NCBI RefSeq assembly: GCF_009914755.1 | Contig: NC_060927.1 | Source: the human T2T-CHM13v2.0 reference genome, Homo sapiens | DNA length: 64,000 nt | Direction: 5' to 3' (one strand) | Shown: one piece after another, positions 31,290 through 44,339 of the stretch | Position numbering within the stretch: the stretch's first letter is position 1 | Layout: each line of letters begins with the position of its first letter | Program-made: the position numbers and the translations under genes | Notes under the pieces: generated by a model | What the model was told of the DNA's origin: nothing | Databases searched by the model: none | Seen by the model: the letters and a program-made list of their open reading frames with translations, nothing else

Positions 31290-31588
31290 GCAAGAATCTT
31301 TCCAGACAGGGTGTGTGTCACTGTGCTCATGCACAGTGGGTGACACCCTCCCTAATGAAATTCAAACCAGCCAAAAGAAAGGATTCACAATTTAGGTTGG
31401 ATAAAAAAGACATACTGAATATTGAGACCAACAACTTTTTTTTTTTAAGAAGAAAATCATTTAAACATATATTTCTCCAGGGACATTCAAATTTTTACTC
31501 ATGTCTGGTTACTATGTTACCAATGTTTTTGTCCTTTTTTGGGTTGGTCACAGAAACACAGAAGAAGGTACAGAAAGCTTTGACTTAC

Positions 31589-31662
31589 AGGAATACAGTG
31601 CAGCTCAATCTTTTGTTTTTAAGGTGCAGTGATTTCAGTCTCTAAATGTAACTTCAGGCAGT
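31589..31662 (-). other. ZBTB20: 74-nt non-coding (5'-UTR) exon, probably of ZBTB20
   Basis: Seen on the minus strand: acceptor ttttacctgtttcttttcag|ACTGCC and donor ATTCCT|gtaagt; no ATG; stops in all 3 frames; repeat-poor flanks. The gene name is from recalled ZBTB20 mRNA leader sequence (...GAGACTGAAATCACTGCACCTTAAAAACAAAAGATTGAGCTGCACTGTATTCCT...), not from a search. Confidence 0.75.
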
Positions 31663-33519
31663 CTGAAAAGAAACAGGTAAAAATCTCTTTCAGTTATAAT
31701 TGGTATTTCAGATTTAATTAAAAATTAAACTTTCATAATGTTTCACCATCCAAAGCAATGCATTATCAGTCAAGCGTGGCTTTTCTTTTTTTCTTTTTTT
31801 TTTTTTTTTCTGTTAAGGAAAAAAAAAAAAAAGAAAAAACCCTCTTCCCAGAGTAGTTTTTTAATGAAAAGAAAAGGATCTAAAGAGGAGAAAAAAAGCA
31901 ATTCTGAAAAACAAAATACGCCTCCATGTTAAGGACTTCATAATGATATGACTAGAAACTCAATGTTTCTGAATTTTAGCTATATTCTGATTAAAAAAAA
32001 ACTCCTAAACAATTTCTACAGCCTAAAGATTACAGAAAATATTAAGTTCAGGGAATAAAGAAGAAAATCTATGGGTCTGAATACACATATTAAAGGGAAA
32101 TTATGACTTCAAATGGAATTGTAAGAAATGCTAGATCTCCTACTTTCCAGTGACTGAATTGCTGGTGAGGTAGATGGTGAAGAAGGGCTAAATAAACATA
32201 TTTAACAACACAAAATGGCCATTGAAATGTACTGTATTATGGGTTTAGCGTGCCCCATTTCACATCATATTGTACATCTTGTCACATGCAGCCACTGCTG
32301 TTTGAAGCAGCACAGGAAGACCAAGAGAGTCTGAACAACACTCCCTGGTTTAAGTAACTGTAAGCATGTTGCTTATTTTTTAAATATGTACTTTTAATTC
32401 CAAATTAAGTAACAGTCCAGGCATTAAGAGCTCCAAGTATATAATAAATATTAGGCTTAAAATATTATACTATTTTTTGAATCATTTCTTTCTTCAAACA
32501 ACACCATCTATAAATAATAGTATTTTTTAAATTAAAAAAATCACATCACACACTAGAATTAAATCATCCTTACTTTTAGCTTTGAAAAACTGATACAATG
32601 GGATTTAGAAAAATTTAGTTTTTAAAATATAAAATGAGGTAATATAATTCGCTTTCATTCACTTTACAGCGTGGCAGAATACTTTCTATATATTTATAAC
32701 ACTAAATGTCATATGTTTACATCCAATTTCACATTAGTGCAAGGTAATATTTTAATATTTCCCCATATGAGAGCATAATCACAAATCACCCCTTAAATTG
32801 TACTATTATTAGAAAGCATATGTAGTTCTTACTTGGGATTCCTGTTTTCTTTTTCTCTTGAAATGTATAGAGGAATATTTTGGGTAATTGGTCTATTTGA
32901 TGTACACAGATTTTAAGCGTAAACATGCTCAGGTTCACAGTAAATTCACTCATGAATGAGATTAGATTTAAAAAAAATCACTGACATTGACTAACTAAAC
33001 TTTTCCCCCTCCTCTCACATGCCTGAATTAGGCTAAAAATGAACCAGCGTAAAGGCAGAAATTATGGAGGCGTCACCAGGGACAACTGAATGAGAGGAGG
33101 GGAGTGCACATTATTTCCTTATAAGGCAGCAAAATATTCATAAAAGAAACTGACAAAAATAACTTGTGCTCAGAAATTATGAGATATAATATAAATATAT
33201 TGAATAACAATAATCTCTGAAAAATGATTCAGAAATTTAAAACTGCCCACCTCTGGATAAATCTAATTCACCAACTGGCATTGTTCTACTCACCAACAAA
33301 ATATGGTTAGCGAAACAAATTCATTCTCTAGTTTAGACGTGAAAAGGTGATAGAAACTAGGCTGAATATTTACATATAAACATATAACTAACAACTAGTA
33401 ATTCAATTCATTCAGTCAGGTTTCCTTCTCCTCAATTTGCCAGATGTTGAATGAATTGAACTATCAGCTCAAAATAATTAAATCAATTATATGAATAGAT
33501 GGTCAGTGTACCAATTTTC

Positions 33520-33640
33520 ATTCCCCCCCCATGCCATTTCTCCTTCTCCTCTTTGATCTTTTTCTTCTATTTCTGCTTGTTTCTTCTCCACTTTCACTTT
33601 CTTTCTTATTCCTTTTTCCTTCTTTTTTTTTTTTCTCTTG
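33520..33640. repeat. Pyrimidine-rich low-complexity tract
   Basis: About 120 nt of mostly C/T on the plus strand. Confidence 0.8.
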
Positions 33641-35109
33641 GTGAGGGTAATGAGGCTCAAAAATAACATCTTGTATCCTGTTGAGGGAAACTTGGTCACA
33701 ACTATCCTTCCAGATGACAAACTCATTCTTAAATGTCTGTTTCCCAATCCAAAGAAAACAGAGCAATTGAAAAAATAGAGACTCAACATCACTTACAACT
33801 ACCAACACCAGCCCTCTTAATTCCCATGCTGTACTACTCATCACGAGGAGAACTGAAATTTATTTACATTATACCTAACCTCAAATAGGACCACAAATAA
33901 GACTAATAACAGGACCATTTTGTGGCACTCAGGCAAACGGCTGGGCAAAACAGATGGATCTTACTTTGCGCCAGGACTCAAAAAATATAGTCGCCAACTC
34001 ACTGTTGGCGACTACATATCTTGGCCCAAAGATGGACCTGGAAGTAGGACCAGTTGTCTTTGATATGAATAGTGCTCCTCTTCTTATCTCCTCATGGAAC
34101 AAATCAGTAACTCTGTCACTATATAGTGGGGTTATCAGGTAGAATTGCTTAAAAGACTGGTCATCAAGGATGTAAAATATTCTGAGGGAATGTCAGGTGA
34201 GATGAAGGAACAGAAAGTCAGGACAAATACCTTATTTTTGGCACTTTTGTCTATTTTCAACTTTCTGTTTTTTTTTTTTTTAATTCAAATTCACTACTGT
34301 ACACTGAACCCACCTTTAAAATAGATTTACAGAGTATGTGTCATCAATAAGAAAACTTGTTTCTCACATTTCAGGTTCCAAAATCTGTTAAAATTTTAAG
34401 TCACATAGATCAATCTCAGTCATTATTAAAATTGACCACCAGTGTCAGACTTCTTTAATTGGAAGAAAACTATGTAAGGCTTTATAGATTACAGTCAACA
34501 TCCAATGATGCACTGAGCAACAGCTCCGTAATCAATGCAATATACAAAATCCGGAAGAATGCTTCTCTGGCAGAGACCCTTTAGCAAAAGAGTTGTACAT
34601 TCTGCACTCCTTAAAGATTCTGAATGGCTTTCCAGAGAAGTAGCAAATGCATTATATTGCAGTAACCTATCTTGTAAGTCACAAGGCCACAAACAAAGCC
34701 TCTAGTCAATAAAAAAAACAAAACAAAACAAAACCTGAAGGGGGGTGAGAACTACAGATCTTACCATTGACTACGAACAAAGGGCTGCTTCTGACCACAT
34801 TCTACTTTCTAAAATCCTCACACAGAAGGAGTTTTAGATATCACCAGGTCACAGAACTTCAAGGAAAGAACAACAAAGCATTCCAGCTTAGGAGGTCTAT
34901 GTTAATTCAGGCACTTCTCTTATTGCTCTTCCAACTATTCAGTACTGACTGTATCTTGCTCAGATTGCTTTTGAGAGTTCACTCATCTCTCTATAATTTA
35001 TTTATTCAGACATTGTGCAGATTTGATTTTTAAGAGACAGCCCTGTTTGTGGTCAGCATAGAAGGCTAATTATAATACTTTAATTATTTATTTTAGTATT
35101 TTTTTCTTT

Positions 35110-36075
35110 CCACTATTTAAAAACTTTTTATTATAAAATATTTCAAATATATGAGAGAGGGCAGAATACAGAAAAATGAACTCTCCAGTACCCATCACCC
35201 ATAGTCAATTGTTTTTCCAATTATACTTTCACCTACTTTTTCTTCCACCAGAGCATCTGAAAGACAATCCCAGATAGCTTATTATTTTATGCATGAATAC
35301 TTTACTATGTGTTACTGAAAGATGACAATCATAACTAATATCATTCCACATCAAAAATAATAGTAATTCTTTAATGTCATTAAATATCCTGTCCATGTTA
35401 AATGATTGACTTTTAAATGGTCTTTTCTTTTTATAACTGGTTAGTTTGAATCAGGATCTAAATAAGATGTACACATTATATTCAAATGATAATTATCCTT
35501 TAATCTATAAATTCTCCATTTGCTTTTTAAAATTTTAACTTTGTATTTTGGAACAATTTTAGAATTATGGAAAAGTTGCAATGATAGTACAGAGAGTACC
35601 CATATTTCCTTCACTAGTTTTTCCTAATGTTACTATCTTACATAACCATGGTAAATTTGACAAAATTAAGAAATTAATATTGACACAATACTATTAACTA
35701 AACTACAGACTTTATTCAGATGTCACCAATTTTTCCATTAATATGTTTTTTCTGTTCCAAAAATCCAATCCAGGATACCATACTGCATTTTAATTGCCAT
35801 GTCTCCTCAGTCTCTTCTGATCTGTGATAACTTCTTGGTCATTCCATGTTTTTCATGACTGATAATTGTGAAGACTAGTGGTCAGATATTTTGTGAAACC
35901 TTTTACAACTTTGATTTGTCCAATCCCGTAACTAGATTCGGATTATAGGTTTTAGAGAAGAATACAAAAGAGGTGATGTGCCCTTCTTATAACATAACAT
36001 CAAAGGTATATGATATCTCGGGGTATGTTAACCTTGGTCGCTTGCTTAGGAGAATGTCTGCCAGGTTTCTCTATA
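35110..36075 (-). mobile_element. Old L1MC/L1ME 3'-UTR fragments
   Basis: TTTTATTATAAAATATTTCAAATAT; GAAAAGTTGCAATGATAGTACAGAGAG; AATCCAATCCAGGATACCATACTGCATTT. Confidence 0.7.
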
Positions 36076-36089
36076 CTTAGTTTTAATAA

Positions 36090-39000
36090 GCATAACAGTT
36101 TATTGAGATATAACTTATATAACATACAATCCACTCTTGTTATGTGTATAACTCAATGACATTAAGTAAATTTAGAGTTGTATAACCATCACCTCAATTC
36201 ATTTTTAGAATATTTTTGTCACCCTACAAAGATCCTTCATACCCTTAGGGAGTCAATCCCTAGACCCAGACAACAAATATTTTCTCTCTCTATAAATTTG
36301 CCCTTTTTGGATATTTTTATTAATGCAATCAAATAATATGTGATCTCTTTCATGTAGCTTTTTCACTTATCATAATTCATTTTTAAGATTCTTTTATGTT
36401 GTGGCATGTAGCAGTAGTCTATTCCCTTTTACTGATGAATACTATTCCACTGCATGGATATAACACCACATTTTATTTATCCATGCATCAGCCAATGGAC
36501 ATCTGAATTGTTTCCAGTTTTTTACTGTTACGAATAATGCTGCCATGAACATTCACATAAAATACGTCTCTGTGTGGACATATTTTTTTTCCTCTTAGAT
36601 ACCTCAAAGTGGTATTGCTGGATCATAAGGGTAAGTTTATTTTAACTTTTAAGAAACTTCCAAACCACTTTCCAAAGTGACTATACTCTTACATCTCCCC
36701 TGGTAATATAGGAGGCTTCTAATTTGTCTTTATCTTCCAACACTTGTTACTATCTGTCTTTATTACAGCCATTCTAGCGGGTGTGAAGTAGTCTCTTACG
36801 GTTTTAATTTACTTTTCCCTGGAAATAATAATGTTGACCATGTTTTCAAGTGCTTATTAGGCATGACTTCATCTTCTTTGGTGAATAACTTCGGTGAATT
36901 GTCAAATATTTTGCCCAGTTTTTAGCTGGGTTGCTTGTCTTTTTATTATTGAAGAATTCTTTATATATTATGCGTAAAAATTCTTATCAGATTATGATTT
37001 GCAAATCGCAATCTTGCAAATATTTTCGCCTGTCTTTGGTTTGTCATTTCATTTCTTTAATGGGTCTTTTGAAGTGCAAAAGTTTTAAATTTTGTTGACA
37101 TCCTAATTACCAAGGATTTTATTGAATCAAGCTTTTGGTGTGATAGCTAAGAACTTTTTCTAACCCAAAGTCATGAAGATTTTCTCCTGTTTTCTTCTAG
37201 AAATTTTATAATTTTAGCTCTCACATTTAGGCCCATGATTAAATTTTTGTGCAGGATATGAAATAAGAACTAAAATATGTTTTTTACAGTCCTAGGTTCG
37301 TGAATATTCATTTATATCGCATATAATCCTAGCATCAATTACAGAGCACTGCTTATTGAAAAGACTATCCCTTCCCATGACAAATTGCCTTGGCACCTTT
37401 GTCAAATTTAATTGATCAAAAATATGATGAATTTTCTGAACTTTCTATTCCATTCCATTGATCTGTATGCCAATATCATACTCTATAAAGTAAGTTTTAA
37501 AACCAGAAATTGTACGTTATCTAATTTTGTTTTCCTTTTTCAAAAGTATTTTCACTATTTTGGATCTTTTGCATATTCGTGTAAATTTTAGGATTAGCTT
37601 GTCAATTTCTGTAAAAACGCCTTTATTCTTTTTGACAGGATTGTGAATTGAACTGTTTTCTTAATTTCATTGTTTGTTGCTAGTATACCGAAATATAATT
37701 GATTTCTGTACAATATCTCTTCTTATATTCAGTTAACTTGTTGAATTCCTTTATTAGTTCGTGTGTGTGGTGGGGGAGGTGTATGTACATTGCTTAGAAT
37801 TTTCTATGTACAAGATTATATTGCCGGCAAATAAATAGTTTTACTTTTTAATTTCCAATCTGTATGCCACTGATTGTTTCTTTCTGCTGGTCTGTCTAAC
37901 CCTTCTCTTTCCCTTCCCCTCCCCCTCCCCTGCAGCTGCTGCTGCTTCTTTTTTTTTTCCTCTAATTTGCTTCTCTCTCTCTTTCTTACATGTATTTATC
38001 ATTCTGCACTGGATTGAATCTCCTGTACAATGTTGAACAGAAGACATAAGAACTGACAACCTTGCCTCTTTTCCGATCCTAGGAGTGTATCGGTCAGGTT
38101 TTCATCATTACATACATTATAAGTTCTTCATAGATGCCCTTTGTCAGGTTACAGAAGTTCTCTTCTATTCCTTTTGTTGAAAGATTATATCACAAATGGA
38201 TACTGGATTTTCTCAAATGTTTCTGTACATCTATTGAAATGGTCATGTGTTTTCTCTTTTATTCTATTAATATGCTATATTGCATTAATTAATTATTGGA
38301 TGTTAAGTGAAACTCACATTCCTGGGATAAATCCTCTGTGGTCAGCACTGTATAATGCTTTTCTACTTTGCCACATTTGGTTTGTGAATATTTTGTTGAG
38401 TTTTGGTGTCTATATTCATGAGGGAATCTGGTCTGCAGTTTTCTTTCATTGTGATGTCTTTGTCTGGCTTTGCTCTCAGTGTAATATTGTACAAATAATT
38501 GAAAGATGACCTTTCTTGCTCTATTTCTAGAAAAGTTTGTGAAATACTGGTATTGGATAGAATTCACCAGTGGAGTCATCTACATCTAGGATTTTCTCCT
38601 AACTATAAATTGTATAAATTGTATGTCTTTTTATTACGAGTCTGTTCATATTTTCTATTTCCTCTTGAGTCAGTTTTGGTAATTTGCGCATTTCTAAGAT
38701 AGTCCATTTTATCCAGCTAATTGCTAACAATTGTCCAGTTGCTAACAATTGTCTAATTGTTAAGCAATGACAATTGAGGTCAACCAATGATCAGTCACAG
38801 GTTGTATTTCTAACTATCAAGCAATGAAAAGGATTATGAGGTTATAATATTTGTTCATAGTATAGTATGAGATCAGGAATGAGAGAGAAGGTATCACCAC
38901 CAACCCCATAGAAATGAGAATGATTATGAGGTTATACTATTTGTTTATAATATAGTATTAACTATAACTATACCTCATAATCCTTTTCATTTCTGTGGGG

Positions 39001-41150
39001 TTGGTGGTGATACCTTCTCTCTGATTCCTCATTTTGGTAATCTGTCATCTTCTCTCCTTTTTCCTTGATCAGTCTAGCAAAAGAAAAACTAAGTTTTGGT
39101 TGATCTTTTCAAAAAACTAAGTTTTGGTTTCATTAATTTTCTCTATTATTTTCATTATCTATTTCATTGATTTCTGTTCTTATCTTTGTTATATCCTTCC
39201 TTCTGTTCAAACAGAATTTAGTTTTATGTTTATATCATGTCTATACTTACCTAAATAATGACGTGATGAGGTCCTTTTGTTTAGGTGAATTTTAGATACA
39301 TTTTTATCATTTCATTTCCACTTAAAGGATTTCCTTCAGTATTTCTGGTAAGGCAGGTCTACTAGCAACAAATTGTCTCAGTCTTTGTTTATTTGGGATA
39401 TCTTTATTTTATATTTATTTTTGAAGAACAATTTTGCTAAATATAAAATTCCTAAATGACATTTTCCCTTTTTTTCCTTCAGCACACTGAATACGTCATC
39501 CCTCTACCTCCTGGCTTTGTTTCTAATGAGAAGTAAGCTGTTAATCGTAGTGTTGTTTTCCTGTATGTAACAGTCTTTTTTTTTCTTGTTACTGTCAAAA
39601 TTTTCTCTTTTTCATTCAAAAGTTTGACTATAATGTGTCTATGTACAGATTTTTTTTGTGTTTATCCAACATGGAGTTTTTGTGCTTCTCAAATGTGTAG
39701 ATTAATGTTATTCATCACATTTGGGAAGTTTTTGGCTATTATTTCTTCAAATATTTTTGAGCCCTTTCTTTCTTTCCTCCTCTTCTCTACCATTACACAT
39801 ATGTTAGTATGCTTGATGGTCTCTCACAGGTCTCCGAAGCTCTGCTCATTTTTTCATTGTTCTTTTCTCTTCAAATTAGACCATTTCTATTAATTGATCT
39901 TCAATCTCATTGTGTCTTTATTCTGCCATCTTAAATATTCTGTTGAGATTCTCTTGCAATTTTTTAATTTCCATTATAATATTTTTTAACTCCAGAATTT
40001 TTGTTCCTTTTAAAATAACACTTATGTTTATATTGATACTCTCTATTTAAAGGGTAATTATAGTAATACTTTAATTATTTAACATGATTTCCTATTATTT
40101 TGAACATATTTATAATAGTGCTTTCAACTCTTTGTTTGCTAAGTTTAACATCTGCTATCTCCACTTCAACCCAAATATAATTTCTTTTTTTTTCTTCAGA
40201 CACTTTCTTTTAACCACTTCTTAAATTGGGTATGAGTCACACTCCTGTTTATTACATGTCTCATTTTTTTCTTGAAAATTGACATTTTATATAGCATATT
40301 ACAGCAACTCTGGCTTCTGACTTTTCCCTGTTGAGGGTTGTTGCTGTTATTGCTGTGTTTGTTTATTTAGGACTTGCCTAACATAACTCTGTGCAGCCTC
40401 TCTTCCCCATGCTGTGCCGCTGCTGATGTTTCTGCTCAGTTTGTGTAATTTCCATTTTCGTTTTTGAGCTGGGACTTTCCCCTGTGTTAACACAGTTTAG
40501 TGGTCAGCCAACGATCAGTCACAGGTTGTACTTAAACACCTAGGGCCACTATGCTAACGCCTCTAATTGATATATACGTGTGTGTGGGTTGTAGAATGCA
40601 CTCAAAGTTCAGGCAGTTTACAAGTGTTTTTTTGATTTTTACTTTCCATTTGTTCTCTCTTATCTTCTCTCTGTGTGTCCAAAGCCTTAGGTCTTCCCCA
40701 GAGTATGTGTGCAGCCTTTCAGACCTCTAGGAATATGTGGTAGCTTACCAAAGTTCACTATGATAGTATCCTTTTCCAATTCTCCCTGCTAAATTTCTGG
40801 CCAATCTGCCAGTTCTTTTCTACTCTGAATTGTAACTTCAGGCTACATATGATGTTTATTCTCCCTGCTTGTTTGCCCCTGAGATTGTCACTGTTTTGAC
40901 CACACCTAAGGGCATGGGGTTTTTCTATGTTCTGCTCCATCAAATTATCGAATCACCCCCTTTCAGCAGTGAAGTTGTGGGTTTTCATGACTTGTCCTGC
41001 CCTGGCAGAACTACTGATACAATGGAACTGTGGGGACGGATAATAGGAGGAAGCACTCCCGGCTAAAACACTGTGGGCTCCTAACTGTGCTAGTTGTCCC
41101 AACATAACTTTTAATTTGGCCACTTTCACTCCCAAAAGTATCCAGCTTCT
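36090..41150 (-). mobile_element. Long (about 5 kb) degraded L1M (L1MB/M4-like) with internal deletions
   Basis: 3' end TTTATTGAGATATAAC; ORF2-derived segments (ATTGAAAAGACTATCC, CATTCCTGGGATAAATCC, GAATTCACCAGTG); ORF1/5'-like segments at 39.3-41.1 kb; 5' boundary uncertain. Confidence 0.75.
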
Positions 41151-42349
41151 GTGATATGATTTATGACCTTTTAATCTATAGTGGGCATAAACGACTTATG
41201 CCATATGCCATTTCTTCAGCGAATGACCACTGCCTAATTCTTTTCTTAGTAATGCAGGAATCAGGGGCCTAGCTGCAGGTATCCATGCATGTGGGGTGGC
41301 GGGGGGGAAGTCTAACTGCCATTGAATGAACGTTTTCATAATGGTTACATGTGTATAGAAAATCTTCAACTGCCCCTCCTACTACATCTCTAGAAAGTTT
41401 AAAGGTTTGGGGGGGATTAAGAATTTCTAGGGAAGTGTATGGGATATAGGGATAAGGTTACCAAAATTCTCCCATGGGAGATAAATAGTTTTGCCTCACT
41501 CTATAGAGTTTGGAGAAACCACTCAGCGAGAAGGACTAGAATTACTTTGGTTAATAATGAGTTGCTATGAACTTTGGAGCTGGACTAACCTATTCTAAGC
41601 AATTGTAAAGAATATGTCATTTAGACTTAATCTTATACAAAACAATAATAGCTCAGAGATCTAAGCAGGTCCAAATACTTACTTGGATCAGGTTAGTATT
41701 TGCCAGCTTATTTTCTCACAGATTCCTGGGCTCACTCAGGTTATACTTCCTTGGGAACACACAAAGGGAATAAGCTCCTTTTGGAACTCAAATAACTTGT
41801 AAATCAGAAAGTTCCCATATGGATATAGAGAATAATATTTACTATATAATAATTTTTCCTTTACATGATGATCCACAATAAAGTTCCCTTGAGAATACAC
41901 TTCCCTAGAGCATTTAAATTATGAACGGATTTACAAAATAACTCCTATCACATGAAAAGAGATAAACATATAGTATCTGCTTCTAGGAATTATCTAAACT
42001 CATTTTCCTTCAGAGACTTAAATAGATGAAAAAAATCAGCAAACTTTGTTTAGGAAAAATTCAGAATGTATAAAGCATTAATTGTGAATATCTTACTGAT
42101 ATCTTTGGATCAACATAATACTTCACTTTTACAACATGTTGAGGAAATCAAAGTATTCACCAAACTTCATCTCATTAAAGTGTCATAACCTTTAATCTAG
42201 GAACCCGTAATAGTAAAGATTACTGTTTCTGTCTGGAAAACAAGAAATCTAATCCATGAAACAAAATCCTGAAACATCACATACATTGCTTAAAGATGTA
42301 AGTCTGAGGATGGAGAATGTGATGAAACTCCGTCACCTTGTTGTATAAG

Positions 42350-43710
42350 TGTGTCCGGAATTGGTGGGTTCTTGGTCTCACTGACTTCAAGAATGAAGCC
42401 GCGGACCCTCCCGGTGAGTGTTACAGTTCTTAAAGGCGGCGTCTCCGCAGTTTGTTCCTTCTGATGTTCGGATGTGTTCGGAGTTTCTGCCTTCTGGTGG
42501 GTTTGTGGTCTCGCTGGCTCAGGAGTGAAGCTGCAGACCTTTGCGGTGAGTGTTACAGCTCATAAAGGCAGTGTGGACCCAAAGAGTGAGCAGTAGCAAG
42601 ATTTATTGCAAAGAGTGAAAGAACAAAGCTTCCACAGTGTGGAAGTGGACCCCAGCCGGTTGCCACTGCTGGCTCCGGCAGCCTGCTTTCATTCTCTTAT
42701 CTGGCGCCACCCACATCCTGCTGATTGGTAGAGCTGAGTGGTCTGTTTTGACAGGGTGCTGATTGGTGCGTTTACAATCCCTGAGCTAGACACAAAGGTT
42801 CTCCACATCCCCACCAGATTAGCTGGATACAGAGTGTCCACACAAAGGTTCTCCAAGTCCCCACCAGAGTAGCTAGATACAGAGTGTCGACTGGTGCATT
42901 CACAAACCCTGAGCTAGACACAGGGTGCTGATTGGTGTGTTTACAAACCTTGAGCTAGATACAGAGTGCCGATTGGTGTATTTACAATCCCTGAGCTAGA
43001 CATAGTTTCTCCAAGTCCCCACCAGAGTAGCCAGATATAGAGTGTCGATTGGTGTACTTACAATCCCTTAGCTAGACATAAAGGCTCTCCACGTCCCCAC
43101 CAGACTTAGGAGCCCAGCTGGCTTCACCCAGTGGATCCCGCACCCGGGCTGCAGGTGGAGCTGCCTGCCAGTCCGTCGCCGTGGGCCCGCACTCCTCAGC
43201 CCTTGGGTGGTCGATGGGACTGGGCGCCGTGGAGCAGAGGGCGGTGCTCCTAGGGGAGGCTCGGGCCGCACAGGAGCCCACGTAGGTCGGGGGAGGCTCA
43301 GGCATGGCGGGCTGCAGGTCCCGAGCCCTGCCCCGCGGGAAGGCAGCTAAGGCCCGGCGAGAAATTGAGCACAGCAGCTGCTGGCCCAGGTGCTAAGCCC
43401 CTCACTGCCCGGGGCCGGTGGGGCAGGCCGGCCGCTCCGAGTGCGGGGTCCGTCTAGCCCACGCCCACCCGGGACTCGCGCTTGCCCGCAAGCACCGCGC
43501 GCAGCCCCGGTTCCCGCCCGCACCTCTCCCTCCACACCTCCTCGCAAGCTGAGGGAGCCGGCTCCGGCCTTGGCCAGCCCAGAAAGGGGCTCTCACAGTG
43601 CAGCGGCGGGCCGAAGGGCTCCTAAAGTGCCGCCAAAGTGGGAGCCCAGGCAGAGGAGGCGCCCAGAGCAGCCAGGACTGTGAGGACTGCCAGCACGCTG
43701 TCACCTCTTA
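42350..43710 (-). mobile_element. LTR12C (ERV9/HERV9) solo LTR
   Basis: Ends TGTGTCCGGAATTGGTGGGTTC and GCACGCTGTCACCTCTTA; tandem GAGCTAGA/GATTGG repeats; CpG-rich U3; 4-bp TSD TAAG at 42346-42349 and 43711-43714. Confidence 0.97.
42680..43100 (-). promoter_or_regulatory. LTR12C U3 enhancer/promoter repeats with NF-Y CCAAT boxes
   Basis: Five ATTGG (CCAAT on the minus strand) near 42724, 42762, 42931, 42972 and 43048; established NF-Y/GATA architecture of ERV9 LTRs. Confidence 0.7.
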
Positions 43711-43961
43711 TAAGGTTATCAATAGGGCAATATCCAGGCTACAATGAAAAAGAAACTTGAAGTCTCGAACACCTATTGTGTATACATTAGAGTGGATTCA
43801 AAATAAATATTTAAACAGATTTCTGTTCCTGTGGAATGGTATTTTTCCAGCAAACCTCTCCAGCGATTGTTTTTATTAGGCTTTGCAATTTCTATAAAAG
43901 GATATCAACCCTGTCCCAACTTCATTACTATTTCTGCTATTAATTAACAATAAAAAAAATA

Positions 43962-44339
<378 letters not shown>

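Noticed and set aside
33487-33844. Lys/Glu/Arg-rich ORFs on the minus strand
   Set aside because: Products of the purine-rich low-complexity tract; no splice or domain support
42720-43100. Repeat-spacer-like array resembling CRISPR
   Set aside because: Known tandem enhancer repeats of ERV9 LTRs; no unique spacers, no cas genes, eukaryotic context
43068-43704. Several GC-rich ORFs and a CpG-island-like stretch
   Set aside because: Entirely within the LTR12C U3; high GC suppresses stop codons; not a host promoter or CDS
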